This document shows positions 49,126 to 57,528 of a stretch of DNA of 64,000 bases, one piece after another. The position numbers and the translations under genes are program-made. The notes beneath the pieces are model-generated. The model was not told the origin of the DNA and did no database searches. It saw nothing but the letters and a program-made list of their open reading frames with translations. The stretch lies in IMG/VR virus record IMGVR_UViG_2854655614_000005. The stretch is one strand, 5' to 3'. Position 1 is the first letter of the stretch. Each line of letters starts with the position of its first letter. The stretch is from a virus.

Positions 49126-49476
49126 TTGCCGGACCATGCCGCCTTCAAGAATGAACTTCCCCGGACTGCACTGATGCGCTGGGAGTTGAAGCCGTGGGAT
49201 CTCTATTGCGTAGCCACGGTACGGTTGGAGAGCTGCGAGCCGGAAAGGAAGACGCGTGCCGGGGCGACGGTTCTTTTCGGCTGGGAAGAACTGGTGTTGG
49301 AAGGCTCCTTTCAAGAAATGAAGGAACAGCTTGACCGGAGGATGCGGGAGAAGGCGGAAGTCTTCGGGAAAGGGGTAGCCTACGAGGGATGCCGGGAAGG
49401 TGAGGAGGGGGGACTGGATTTCATGTTTATCCAGGGAGCCAGCTTCCACATTTTCCATGTGGACGTGAACAATTAA
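49126..49476 (+). CDS. Hypothetical protein, possibly 5'-truncated
   Basis: Frame stays open upstream (KVAEIIRPIAGYKGCFIQFDL) into AT-rich DNA with no ATG. Confidence 0.45.
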   Translation: MPDHAAFKNELPRTALMRWELKPWDLYCVATVRLESCEPERKTRAGATVLFGWEELVLEGSFQEMKEQLDRRMREKAEVFGKGVAYEGCREGEEGGLDFMFIQGASFHIFHVDVNN

Positions 49477-49489
49477 CGGAGGATGAACC

Positions 49490-50275
49490 ATGCAGGATAT
49501 TGTTTTGGAAAAACCGTGCGGGGATGGTGAGCGGAAGACTCCGGATTCTCCGTACCTTGACGACATCAGCCAGGAGGAGGCGCGTTCCGCGTTCGTCCGC
49601 AACAGTTCCAACCCCGAACGGTTCGGGGAAGGGCTGAGGAGGGCGTATGTGGAGGATCTGGAATTCTTCCTTGCCTCTATCAAGAAATGGATGGTAGGGA
49701 AGAACGCCTCCCGGATTCAGTACGAGCTGGAGGTTTTCCGGCAGGGATTGAAAAAGAGGCATCTTGATTACATTCATGCGAATGCCAGGTGCGGGAATTT
49801 TGTGATTTCCGACTCACCGGATCACGAGAAGGAAAGCCGCAAGCTGCGGATTGCGGAAGCAAAACGCAGGGAGATTCTGGATTACATGGAGCGAAAGCAC
49901 GACGAGGTTTTCAACAAGTACCATAACAGGCCTTATGCGTGGCTGGAGCCTTCCGGAGGGGAAGAGAGGAGGGAGCTGGAGTACAAGCTTGCCGTACTCA
50001 AGCGGATGCACCATTACATGCTCGACGTCAACGCCGCGCTGAACAGGGCGAAGGGCGACTGGAGAAAGCGGGAAGAGGAATTGAGAGCCATGGGGCTTTC
50101 CGAAGCGGAAATGGAGCCGCTGCTGCTTCCGGACGTACGGGGGCGTGTGGGCTTTTCCCCGGAAGGGCTTGCCAGAAGCAGGCGTTATATCCGGAAGACG
50201 GAGAAGTTGCTGATGGGTTTGATTGCTTCTGAGGAGAGCACGGGGGCTTCCTTCCATGGAAAGGAGGGAGCATGA
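49490..50275 (+). CDS. Hypothetical helical protein resembling DUF3560/polyvalent-associated domains
   Basis: SSNPERFG, LKRMHHYMLDVNAAL, GRVGFSPEGLARSRRYIRK; good RBS (GGAGG). Confidence 0.5.
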   Translation: MQDIVLEKPCGDGERKTPDSPYLDDISQEEARSAFVRNSSNPERFGEGLRRAYVEDLEFFLASIKKWMVGKNASRIQYELEVFRQGLKKRHLDYIHANARCGNFVISDSPDHEKESRKLRIAEAKRREILDYMERKHDEVFNKYHNRPYAWLEPSGGEERRELEYKLAVLKRMHHYMLDVNAALNRAKGDWRKREEELRAMGLSEAEMEPLLLPDVRGRVGFSPEGLARSRRYIRKTEKLLMGLIASEESTGASFHGKEGA

Positions 50276-51006
50276 GCAGCAGGAAAAAGAACCTCCCCTC
50301 CCCTGGCGAACGGAAAGGAGAGGCTTTCTGGCGGGAGTTGAACTCAGCGGACTGGGACGGGAAGTCCTGCTCCCTGGTGTTCGAGGAGTTTGTGGACGTT
50401 ATGTTCTGTACTCTGAGTGCTGGGAAGGTGGAGTACAAGGGGCGCGCGATGTTCCAGAAAGATCGTGACCGGAAGATTGGAGTCTTCCAGCGCGCCATGC
50501 TCCTGCTGGGGGAGGAGATGGAACGGGAACCGTACCGGGATTTGCTGGGCAGGGTGTACCAGGATGTTGCCGGAACGGCGGGGAAAAGAGCTCTTTCCGC
50601 AGTTTATACGCCCGATGCCATCTGCAAGATGACTGCCGGGATGGGAATGGACATTGAACTTGTCAAGGCCCGTATCAGGCGGGGGGAAACGGTTTCCCTG
50701 TACGAACCCGCCTGCGGGGCGGCGCGGATGGTGCTGGCTGTGGCGGAATTGCTGGGAGAGCTCCGCATGGGGCTGCGCGTCACCTGTGAAGAGATTGATT
50801 TGGTCGCATGCAAGATCGCTTACGTCAATCTCAGCATGTGGGGCGTGCCTGCGGTGGTTTACCATGCGGATTCCCTGTCGCGGAAGTGCTGGGGAGGATG
50901 GAAGACCGCCGCCCTGGTTTTGATGGAAGCCCGGGAGGAAGAGGTGAGGCATCTGCGCCGCATGGTAGAGATGATGATGTTCGCTGAAATGAAACCGATT
51001 CCGTAG
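50272..51006 (+). CDS. N6-adenine methylase-like protein lacking the NPPY catalytic region
   Basis: DLLGRVY, YTPDAIC, YEPACGAARM, EIDLVACKIAYVNL, HADSL; ends without NPP(Y/F). Confidence 0.75.
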   Translation: MSSRKKNLPSPGERKGEAFWRELNSADWDGKSCSLVFEEFVDVMFCTLSAGKVEYKGRAMFQKDRDRKIGVFQRAMLLLGEEMEREPYRDLLGRVYQDVAGTAGKRALSAVYTPDAICKMTAGMGMDIELVKARIRRGETVSLYEPACGAARMVLAVAELLGELRMGLRVTCEEIDLVACKIAYVNLSMWGVPAVVYHADSLSRKCWGGWKTAALVLMEAREEEVRHLRRMVEMMMFAEMKPIP

Positions 51007-51023
51007 CTTTGAGGAGGGCGTGC

Positions 51024-51063
51024 TCCCGCAGGAGGAACCCGGCAGGGAATGCCTCCTGCGGGA
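51024..51063. repeat. 12-bp perfect inverted repeat (hairpin)
   Basis: TCCCGCAGGAGG-N16-CCTCCTGCGGGA after the methylase-like gene. Confidence 0.7.
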
Positions 51064-51122
51064 AGACCGGGAAAAAACCATTCGCAAAAAGATAAAAACA
51101 GCCTATATTGTCCAGAGATTGG

Positions 51123-51833
51123 ATGACTGACATGACTCCTGAAGAATTTCTGGCATGGGCCCGGCACAAGCCCTTTGGCGATCCCTTTCCCAAGACGCAG
51201 ACGGTCACGTTCCTGGTGCCCCTCCTTGGTGTGAGCCGGACGAATATTTTTACATGGATCTCCGGAAAAGTGAATCCCAGCAAGACGAGTCTTTTACTCA
51301 TGGAAGCCCTGAAACGGGAAAACCGCATCCGCCTAGTGGAACGGGCGGAGGATTTTGCCCGGCACAAGCACGAGGGACAAACGAGAAAGTACACCAACGA
51401 CCCCTACGCGAACCATCCGGAGGCGGTCGTTGGCCTTTTATCGGAGTACACGGATGACGAACGCTTGCTGGCCGCCGCATGGCTGCACGATACGATGGAG
51501 GATTGCGGCGTGAGTTATGGGGAGCTTTCCGCCGAGTTCGGCCCGTATGTGGCGACTCTCGTGTATTTGCTGACCAATGACGAGAAGGAAAAGGAGAGGC
51601 TGGGCAAGGCCCGCTACATGAGCAAGAAGCTTGCGGCCCTTCCACCGGACGCCCTGACGATCAAACTGTGCGACATGCTCAATAACATGGACGGTACGCA
51701 TTCCCGGAGGCAGGCGGAAACGTATGTGGAGATTTTAAGGAGGGTACGGGAAAAGAAACCCTCCGTCTGGAACGGGACGCATGAGGCCCTGGCGGAGAGG
51801 ATCATGGAAACCTACCGGCAAAAGATTTTCTAA
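51123..51833 (+). CDS. HTH plus HD-domain (RelA/SpoT hydrolase, small alarmone hydrolase-like) fusion
   Basis: LLGVSRTNIFTWISGKVNPS then HEGQTRK...PYANHP...AAWLHDTMED...IKLCDMLNN. Confidence 0.85.
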   Translation: MTDMTPEEFLAWARHKPFGDPFPKTQTVTFLVPLLGVSRTNIFTWISGKVNPSKTSLLLMEALKRENRIRLVERAEDFARHKHEGQTRKYTNDPYANHPEAVVGLLSEYTDDERLLAAAWLHDTMEDCGVSYGELSAEFGPYVATLVYLLTNDEKEKERLGKARYMSKKLAALPPDALTIKLCDMLNNMDGTHSRRQAETYVEILRRVREKKPSVWNGTHEALAERIMETYRQKIF

Positions 51834-51864
51834 AGAGTAGTTAGTTTCCCGTTGTTTTCCCATG

Positions 51865-51895
51865 CCCGGCAGAGCTTGCACCTGCCGGGTTTTTT
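51865..51895 (+). terminator. Rho-independent terminator
   Basis: CCCGGCAG-N9-CTGCCGGG followed by T6. Confidence 0.8.
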
Positions 51896-51916
51896 GATGC
51901 CCCGGTTCTTCCTCCC

Positions 51917-51965
51917 CCCCCTCATTCCATGAGCACTCCATGGGCGGAGGTCTTCCTGTTACCTT
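51917..51965 (+). promoter_or_regulatory. Shared late-promoter-like motif, copy B
   Basis: CCCCCTCATTCC-N31-TACCTT upstream of the PA14-amidase gene. Confidence 0.7.
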
Positions 51966-52060
51966 GCTGCCGATGGGAGGGCAGCGGCCCCCTCCGTGCG
52001 GAGACCGGGAAGAACCAGCCGCCGTCCCGTCACCAAAACATATATACATTAAATAACATT

Positions 52061-53032
52061 ATGGCTATATCAACCAAACCGTTCCACCCGTTGGACGCAG
52101 AAAACAACCGCCGTTACAAGGTCAAGAAAAAAGACGCTCCCAAAATTGACTGGCATAAGACGGAGGAAACCGGGGCACACGACTGGGAAGGCTATATCCG
52201 CATTCCGGAAGATGGAACCTACAATTTCACGATTCAGATTGACGACAACGGCTATCTGGAGATCAACGGTGAAAAGGTAGTGGAACTGACTGGAAGCAAT
52301 TCTTCCAAGAAAGCAACTGGAAGCAAGGAACTTAAAAAGGGCTTTCACTATGCGAAACTGCATCATGAAAACCTGGAAGTCCCGGAGGCTATTGCTCCTT
52401 ATCCCAATGCGGAGGAATTTGTTCCTCAAATGGACGGAAAAGACCTGGAACTCTGGGAAATTGACGCACCCAAAAATCTGATGAAGGCTGCGGATGCCCA
52501 GAAGCTGCTTGGTTACTACAATGTCGTGGACTTTGCTACTATGAGCCAAGATCAAGTGTGGAATCATATTGGCGGGTGGTTCAATGAACAGCATCTGGCC
52601 GGTGTTGGAATTTACCAGGACAGTTGTGCTCTTCGTCTGAGTATTGCTTTCTGCTGCAAGGGTATTTCCCTATCTGGCGTGAAAGATTCCAGTGGTAAAA
52701 CGGCTGCCAACAATATTACCCTGGTCACTCCTCCCGGCAATCTCTCAGCCCTCAATCCGGGAATGACGGGACAGGAAGATCCTTCTACACTCCAAAAGCA
52801 CGTCGTTTTCAGCGCCGCCGCCATGAGCTTGTTCCTGCATAACACCTATGGGGAATCTGACTATGCGGACAAGGACGCGAAGACGGGGTACTGTACTCCC
52901 CAGGAGGGAGATATTGTTATCTTTGGACAAACCGGTCACGTCGGCATGGCTCCGGGAAATAATATGGAGAAGATCGGCAATTATGGAGGTCAGCCGATTT
53001 GGTTGCTCTATCGTTCGACTTTGGATGATTAA
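52061..53032 (+). CDS. PA14-domain plus Tae4-like (papain-fold) peptidoglycan amidase toxin
   Basis: PA14: WEGYIRIPEDGTYNFTIQIDDNGYLEING...LKKGFH; C-terminal YQDSCALRLSIAF...TGHVG; no signal peptide; start MAISTKP. Confidence 0.75.
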   Translation: MAISTKPFHPLDAENNRRYKVKKKDAPKIDWHKTEETGAHDWEGYIRIPEDGTYNFTIQIDDNGYLEINGEKVVELTGSNSSKKATGSKELKKGFHYAKLHHENLEVPEAIAPYPNAEEFVPQMDGKDLELWEIDAPKNLMKAADAQKLLGYYNVVDFATMSQDQVWNHIGGWFNEQHLAGVGIYQDSCALRLSIAFCCKGISLSGVKDSSGKTAANNITLVTPPGNLSALNPGMTGQEDPSTLQKHVVFSAAAMSLFLHNTYGESDYADKDAKTGYCTPQEGDIVIFGQTGHVGMAPGNNMEKIGNYGGQPIWLLYRSTLDD

Positions 53033-53120
53033 AACTCTTCCTTAGCATTCTTATGATTCACAAGGCGGATATGATTATATCCGCCTTGTTTTTTTGGAAG
53101 AATAGGATATAAAAGGGAAC

Positions 53121-53684
53121 ATGAACAAGCATGGGGTTTTTGAACGAAACATTTTCTTCATCCTGGTATTCCTGATTGCAGCGGGCACATGGGGCGCCAT
53201 GGCGGACAGTCCGGATGCTCCGCTCATGGACAGCGAGCAAATCAAAGCTTGCCAGCAGGGACATATGGAAGTCCTTTCATCCTATCTGGGTTCCGGGAAT
53301 ACGGTGGTCATGGCCTGCTCGTACAAGGCGGAATGGGAGCCGCCCGCTTCCCTAACCGGCAAGGGTATTCTGACTACGTATGCCGTCATTGTCAGGTCGG
53401 AACATCAGGATTTTCCTGTGGGAACCAAAGTGAAATGGGTAAATTATATCGAATCCCCCGGTTCCGTTGCCCAGGAAATCATCGACCGCTGGAAGTCACC
53501 GGACGGCGAGCTTGTTTATATCATTAACCCCATAAAAGGAAGTGATGGGGAAGGAGAGGACATCGCCAAGGTAAAAAATGACATTCCGGAACTCCTCGAC
53601 TGTATTAGGTTTTCCATTGCAAATAAGAGTTTTTATAATAATTTACGAGCCATGCTTGATATTCCGGTTCGGAGGGAGCAATGA
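53121..53684 (+). CDS. Exported protein, probable cognate immunity protein
   Basis: Hydrophobic signal peptide; directly downstream of the amidase toxin. Confidence 0.6.
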   Translation: MNKHGVFERNIFFILVFLIAAGTWGAMADSPDAPLMDSEQIKACQQGHMEVLSSYLGSGNTVVMACSYKAEWEPPASLTGKGILTTYAVIVRSEHQDFPVGTKVKWVNYIESPGSVAQEIIDRWKSPDGELVYIINPIKGSDGEGEDIAKVKNDIPELLDCIRFSIANKSFYNNLRAMLDIPVRREQ

Positions 53685-53713
53685 TTCCCATTTCCCTTTC
53701 TCCTGGGGGCATT

Positions 53714-53786
53714 CTTCGTGTGCTTCGCTGAAGGTGCGCAGGGCGTCGGCGGTGTGGGAGCAGACATCATGGAGGGGTTCCGTTTT
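53714..53786 (-). repeat. 73-nt inverted copy of the terL 3' region (1432-1504)
   Basis: Reverse complement matches 1432-1504 at 68/73 nt (KTEPLHDVCSHTADALRTFSEAHE). Confidence 0.95.
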
Positions 53787-53824
53787 TTTGAACATGATGG
53801 ACAAATGGATTATCTATTATTTCT

Positions 53825-54433
53825 ATGGTAAAAATATCTCTCCTTTGTTGTTTTCTATCCGGTCTGCTAGCCGTGGCACTGCATGCTCAAGAACCTTCCT
53901 CCTCCTCTTCTTCTCACTGTGTAGCCACGCAAGAGGAGATTGACAATGACCATGATAACTTCCTTCGTGGAACGGCCCGGAAATTACGTCAGAACGACGT
54001 TGTTCTGGCGGTTATTCCCTATAAAACCGTAAAAACTGACCAGGGAACGGTGCATTATGCCCGTGTCGTCCAGTCATTGAGGGGAGATATTCCGGTGGAA
54101 GCCCTGGTCAAATGGCTCAATCTCTATAGTAAACTGCCTGCGGGCGGTAAACCGGAAACCAAATTGTTGTCCGGCAGTTCGTTCATGTATGTACTGGCCC
54201 CTTCAAAGAACGTCAAAGAACTGGGGAAAGATCCGGAAGACTTCACCCCTGCATCCACCGTATATTCCTCACAGGTTCTGCTGGGGGCTTACGACCTGGG
54301 TGATCATGTTGACTATTTTCCGATGACGGAGAGTGACCCTGGCCGTGCCATGAAAAAGCTCCTGCATATTGAGCCAGCAAAAATCACCGCCGAATCGGAA
54401 GCAGCCCGCTTTAACCCGAAATCCGGCAAGTAA
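53825..54433 (+). CDS. Exported protein, distant paralogue of 53121..53684 (second immunity candidate)
   Basis: Signal peptide ending ALHA; shares the pattern VxxxxYK...YAxxVxS..D(F/I)PV...VKWxN. Confidence 0.6.
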   Translation: MVKISLLCCFLSGLLAVALHAQEPSSSSSSHCVATQEEIDNDHDNFLRGTARKLRQNDVVLAVIPYKTVKTDQGTVHYARVVQSLRGDIPVEALVKWLNLYSKLPAGGKPETKLLSGSSFMYVLAPSKNVKELGKDPEDFTPASTVYSSQVLLGAYDLGDHVDYFPMTESDPGRAMKKLLHIEPAKITAESEAARFNPKSGK

Positions 54434-54470
54434 CCTGGTTTTCTTCCTTCTCCTTTCTTTTTGATTCACC

Positions 54471-54511
54471 AGGGGCTGTCTCACGAAAAAGAGGCAGCCC
54501 CTTCTTCTTTT
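54471..54511 (+). terminator. Rho-independent terminator
   Basis: AGGGGCTGTCTC-N8-GAGGCAGCCCCT followed by TCTTCTTTT. Confidence 0.7.
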
Positions 54512-54538
54512 GCGCCCCCTGCTCATAACCTGATACTT

Positions 54539-54587
54539 CCCCTTCATTCCACAAGCCCTCCCCGTTTTTTCCGGATGGTTTTAGCAT
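54539..54587 (+). promoter_or_regulatory. Shared late-promoter-like motif, copy C
   Basis: CCCCTTCATTCC-N31-TAGCAT, 6 nt before the ATG at 54594. Confidence 0.7.
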
Positions 54588-54593
54588 GTGGCC

Positions 54594-56693
54594 ATGCTCA
54601 ACTTTCTAGGAACCACGGAGAACTTCGCCGTTATCGAAAACATCCCGTATTCGATGACATGGAAGTTTTTTGATGCCTGGACCGGGGAACCGATACCGCT
54701 GGACGGCGTTACCTTCTCCGGGCGCATCTTCGTGGGGGAAAACGGGCGCGAACTGGAGCTGGACATCGCCAAGGGTGAAGAGTCCCACCTCCTTGTCGTC
54801 GGCTGTTCGGGCCTCCCGGAAGGCCGCTGGCCGTATGAAGTTTTTTGCGTATCGGACGAGGGGCTGCGGGAGCGCATGCTATCGGGCTGCATTGGCGTGA
54901 TTGGTTCGCTGGAGGCCAAAACTGTTCTGGATGCACGTCCCACGGCGGACCGGACGCTCTCCGTCCGCCTCCCAGGAGACACGGCCCGCGCCCTCAAGCT
55001 TGAATGGCTCTCCTCCTCGCTGGCCCAGACTGCCGCCGCTTCCGCCTGGAATGCCTGGGAGAAGACGAAGGAAACCGCCGACAAACTGGAGGAAGCGGAC
55101 CGGAAACTGGACGGCCTCATGGAAACCACCCAGGAAGCCATGGACCGGCTCGGCCAGGTGGACGGCCTCATGGAAGGCATCCACGCTGAAGTGGAAAGCG
55201 CCCACCAGGCCGCCCAAAAAGCGCAGGACATCCTTGAAAGCGGCATCCTGCAAGGGGAAAAGGGAGACACCCCCGTCATCGGGGAAAACGGCCACTGGTG
55301 GATTTCCGGCCAGGACACCGGCATCCGGGCGGAGGGCCGGGATGGCGTCACCCCGCATATCGGCGCCAACGGTCACTGGTGGATCGGCGAGCAAGACACG
55401 CAGGTCCAGGCGGAAGGGACGGACGGCATGGACGCCGACTTCATCCGCCGCATTTATATTTCTTCCGCGAAGGAACTGCCGGAGGAAGGAGAACGCGGCG
55501 TCTTCTACTACATCCCCAGCCCGGACGGCAATTACGACGTGTACGCCTGGGTGGACTTCCCGGACGGGGACTCCGCCTGGACGCCCATCAGTGAATCCAC
55601 CCTCCAGCAGGCTACCGTCCGCGCCCACGGCACGGTCCGTCTCAGTACGGGCACCATCCTGACGAACGGCGGCATTGTCGGCGTCAATGAGGCCGGGCAG
55701 CTTCTGGTGCGTGAAGCCCGGACGGACGTTCCCGGAACAGTCAAGCTCTCATCCTCCAAGCCTTCCCTGATCTCCCCCGGCCTGGTGGGAGTCAATGCCA
55801 GCGGCCAGCTCATCGTGCCGGAGGCCACAATCAACCAGGCGGGAACCATCAAGGTCAACAACTCCAAATCAGTCGAACGCGGAGCCCAGGTCCAGACGAA
55901 CAAGAACAATCTCGCCATGGTCCCCATCGCGGGAAACCGCTCTTACGGAGTCGTCGCCACGGGCACCCAGTTTCCCGTCATCCCGCATGAACGACCCTAC
56001 ATCGTCTCCCTTCCCATTGCTTCGGATGACACGCGCCTCAATTCCGCCGCCCTCTACGGCACACTCACCATCAACCTCCACCGCAGGGGATTTCTACGTT
56101 ATACCTCTGGAGCCAATGCTGAAAACGGACTGGACTTTTCTACAGGCCGCTATCTGTCGCTGGATTATGGCACGGGCCTGGAGTCGGAGGAATACACCTC
56201 CACCATTGAGGGGTTGACGGACACCCGCTGCCGCCTGGCCGTCCATCGGTACGGAGACATCGTTTTCCATGACTCCTACGCCACCCCGGACAAGGGCGGC
56301 TCCGTCAAGCCCGGCCCTTCCTTCACCATGTCCGGTAAAGGTGTCCTCTCCCTGCTTCCTGCTGCGCCCGGCACGCTGGGAGGCATCAAGGTAGGAACGA
56401 CGCTCTCCATCGCCAAGGATGGCACGCTCGACATTCAACTGGATACGGAGACCTTCCACGAAGCCAGCCCCCGCCCGGCCAGTTCCGCCGCCACCGCCGC
56501 CTGGATCAGAGGGAAGAACTTCGTCTCCCAGTCCGATTTGCAGGGTAAGGGCTTTGTTTCGGAAATCTGCGTCAAGGAACTGCTGGACGGCTATCAGCCC
56601 CGCATGGGCATAGACGACCTCCTCCCCGTTACCCAGGAACAATTTGAAGCCCTTCCTTCCCGGAGTTCCAAAACCCTTTACATCATTTACTGA
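54594..56693 (+). CDS. Tail fibre/appendage protein
   Basis: Coiled coil, collagen-linked TPxIGxNGHWWI repeats, ATxxxxGxVKL repeats, LGGIKVGTTLSIAKDGTL, C-terminal QEQFEAL...TLYII. Confidence 0.75.
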   Translation: MLNFLGTTENFAVIENIPYSMTWKFFDAWTGEPIPLDGVTFSGRIFVGENGRELELDIAKGEESHLLVVGCSGLPEGRWPYEVFCVSDEGLRERMLSGCIGVIGSLEAKTVLDARPTADRTLSVRLPGDTARALKLEWLSSSLAQTAAASAWNAWEKTKETADKLEEADRKLDGLMETTQEAMDRLGQVDGLMEGIHAEVESAHQAAQKAQDILESGILQGEKGDTPVIGENGHWWISGQDTGIRAEGRDGVTPHIGANGHWWIGEQDTQVQAEGTDGMDADFIRRIYISSAKELPEEGERGVFYYIPSPDGNYDVYAWVDFPDGDSAWTPISESTLQQATVRAHGTVRLSTGTILTNGGIVGVNEAGQLLVREARTDVPGTVKLSSSKPSLISPGLVGVNASGQLIVPEATINQAGTIKVNNSKSVERGAQVQTNKNNLAMVPIAGNRSYGVVATGTQFPVIPHERPYIVSLPIASDDTRLNSAALYGTLTINLHRRGFLRYTSGANAENGLDFSTGRYLSLDYGTGLESEEYTSTIEGLTDTRCRLAVHRYGDIVFHDSYATPDKGGSVKPGPSFTMSGKGVLSLLPAAPGTLGGIKVGTTLSIAKDGTLDIQLDTETFHEASPRPASSAATAAWIRGKNFVSQSDLQGKGFVSEICVKELLDGYQPRMGIDDLLPVTQEQFEALPSRSSKTLYIIY

Positions 56694-56699
56694 TCCCGC

Positions 56700-57473
56700 A
56701 TGAAAATTTCCCATCACTCCATCACCGCCAGACAGGTCTATGACGCCCGCCTGGGCGAGAACAAGGTAAAGGCCATCTACCGAGGCGACGTGAAAATCTA
56801 TCCGGACAACGCGGCACGCATCAGCCAGATCAGGCTGGACATCTCCGCCTGGTCGGGCACGCCGGACGGCTCCTTCTGGGAGCAGGCCATCGAGGCCGTC
56901 TCCGTCTACGCTTCTACTTCCCGCTACATTAAAATGACGGCGGACCGCACCTACATGGTCGGCAGCACATGGGGGAGCTTCCCGCTTGCCTCCTACCGAG
57001 GAGCGGGACTGTTCGAATTCGCATACAACGAAGGCCCTCTGCTCCAGAACGTCCGTCTGGGGGACAGCGCATCCCTCCAGATCAAACTGCCTTCGCTGAA
57101 AAGTTTTTCGATTGGCGGCACGCAGGAGTTCGACCAGCCGGTCAGCCGCGTCTATCCGGCATGCCCTTCCGGCACGGAAGTCCGGGGGTATTTCGGCAAG
57201 GGCCAGAAGCGCGTTTCCACGGGCGTGCGCATCGTGATCGTGAGCCTCCCCTCCGGCCAAGTCCTTCTGGACCGCCATCAGCAGCAAAACGGCCACTGCC
57301 GGGGCAGCTATGACTGGAACTACGGCTGGGTCGGCTCCGTGGCCGGGGACACGCAGGCCCGGCTGGAGGTCTACCCCCACCAGCCGCGCGGAGGCTGGGG
57401 CGGGTACTTTATCTATCCTGCCGCTTCCTGTTCCCTCACTGCCCGCATCATCCAGATCGTCCCGGAAGCCTGA
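56700..57473 (+). CDS. Tail-associated protein
   Basis: N-terminal RLGENKVKAIYRGDVKIYP motif typical of fibre-tip proteins; located in the fibre operon. Confidence 0.55.
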   Translation: MKISHHSITARQVYDARLGENKVKAIYRGDVKIYPDNAARISQIRLDISAWSGTPDGSFWEQAIEAVSVYASTSRYIKMTADRTYMVGSTWGSFPLASYRGAGLFEFAYNEGPLLQNVRLGDSASLQIKLPSLKSFSIGGTQEFDQPVSRVYPACPSGTEVRGYFGKGQKRVSTGVRIVIVSLPSGQVLLDRHQQQNGHCRGSYDWNYGWVGSVAGDTQARLEVYPHQPRGGWGGYFIYPAASCSLTARIIQIVPEA

Positions 57474-57528
57474 AACTTATTCCCCCCCTCCCTCTACGAT
57501 TAACTCCTCACTTTTGATGACCTCTGCC

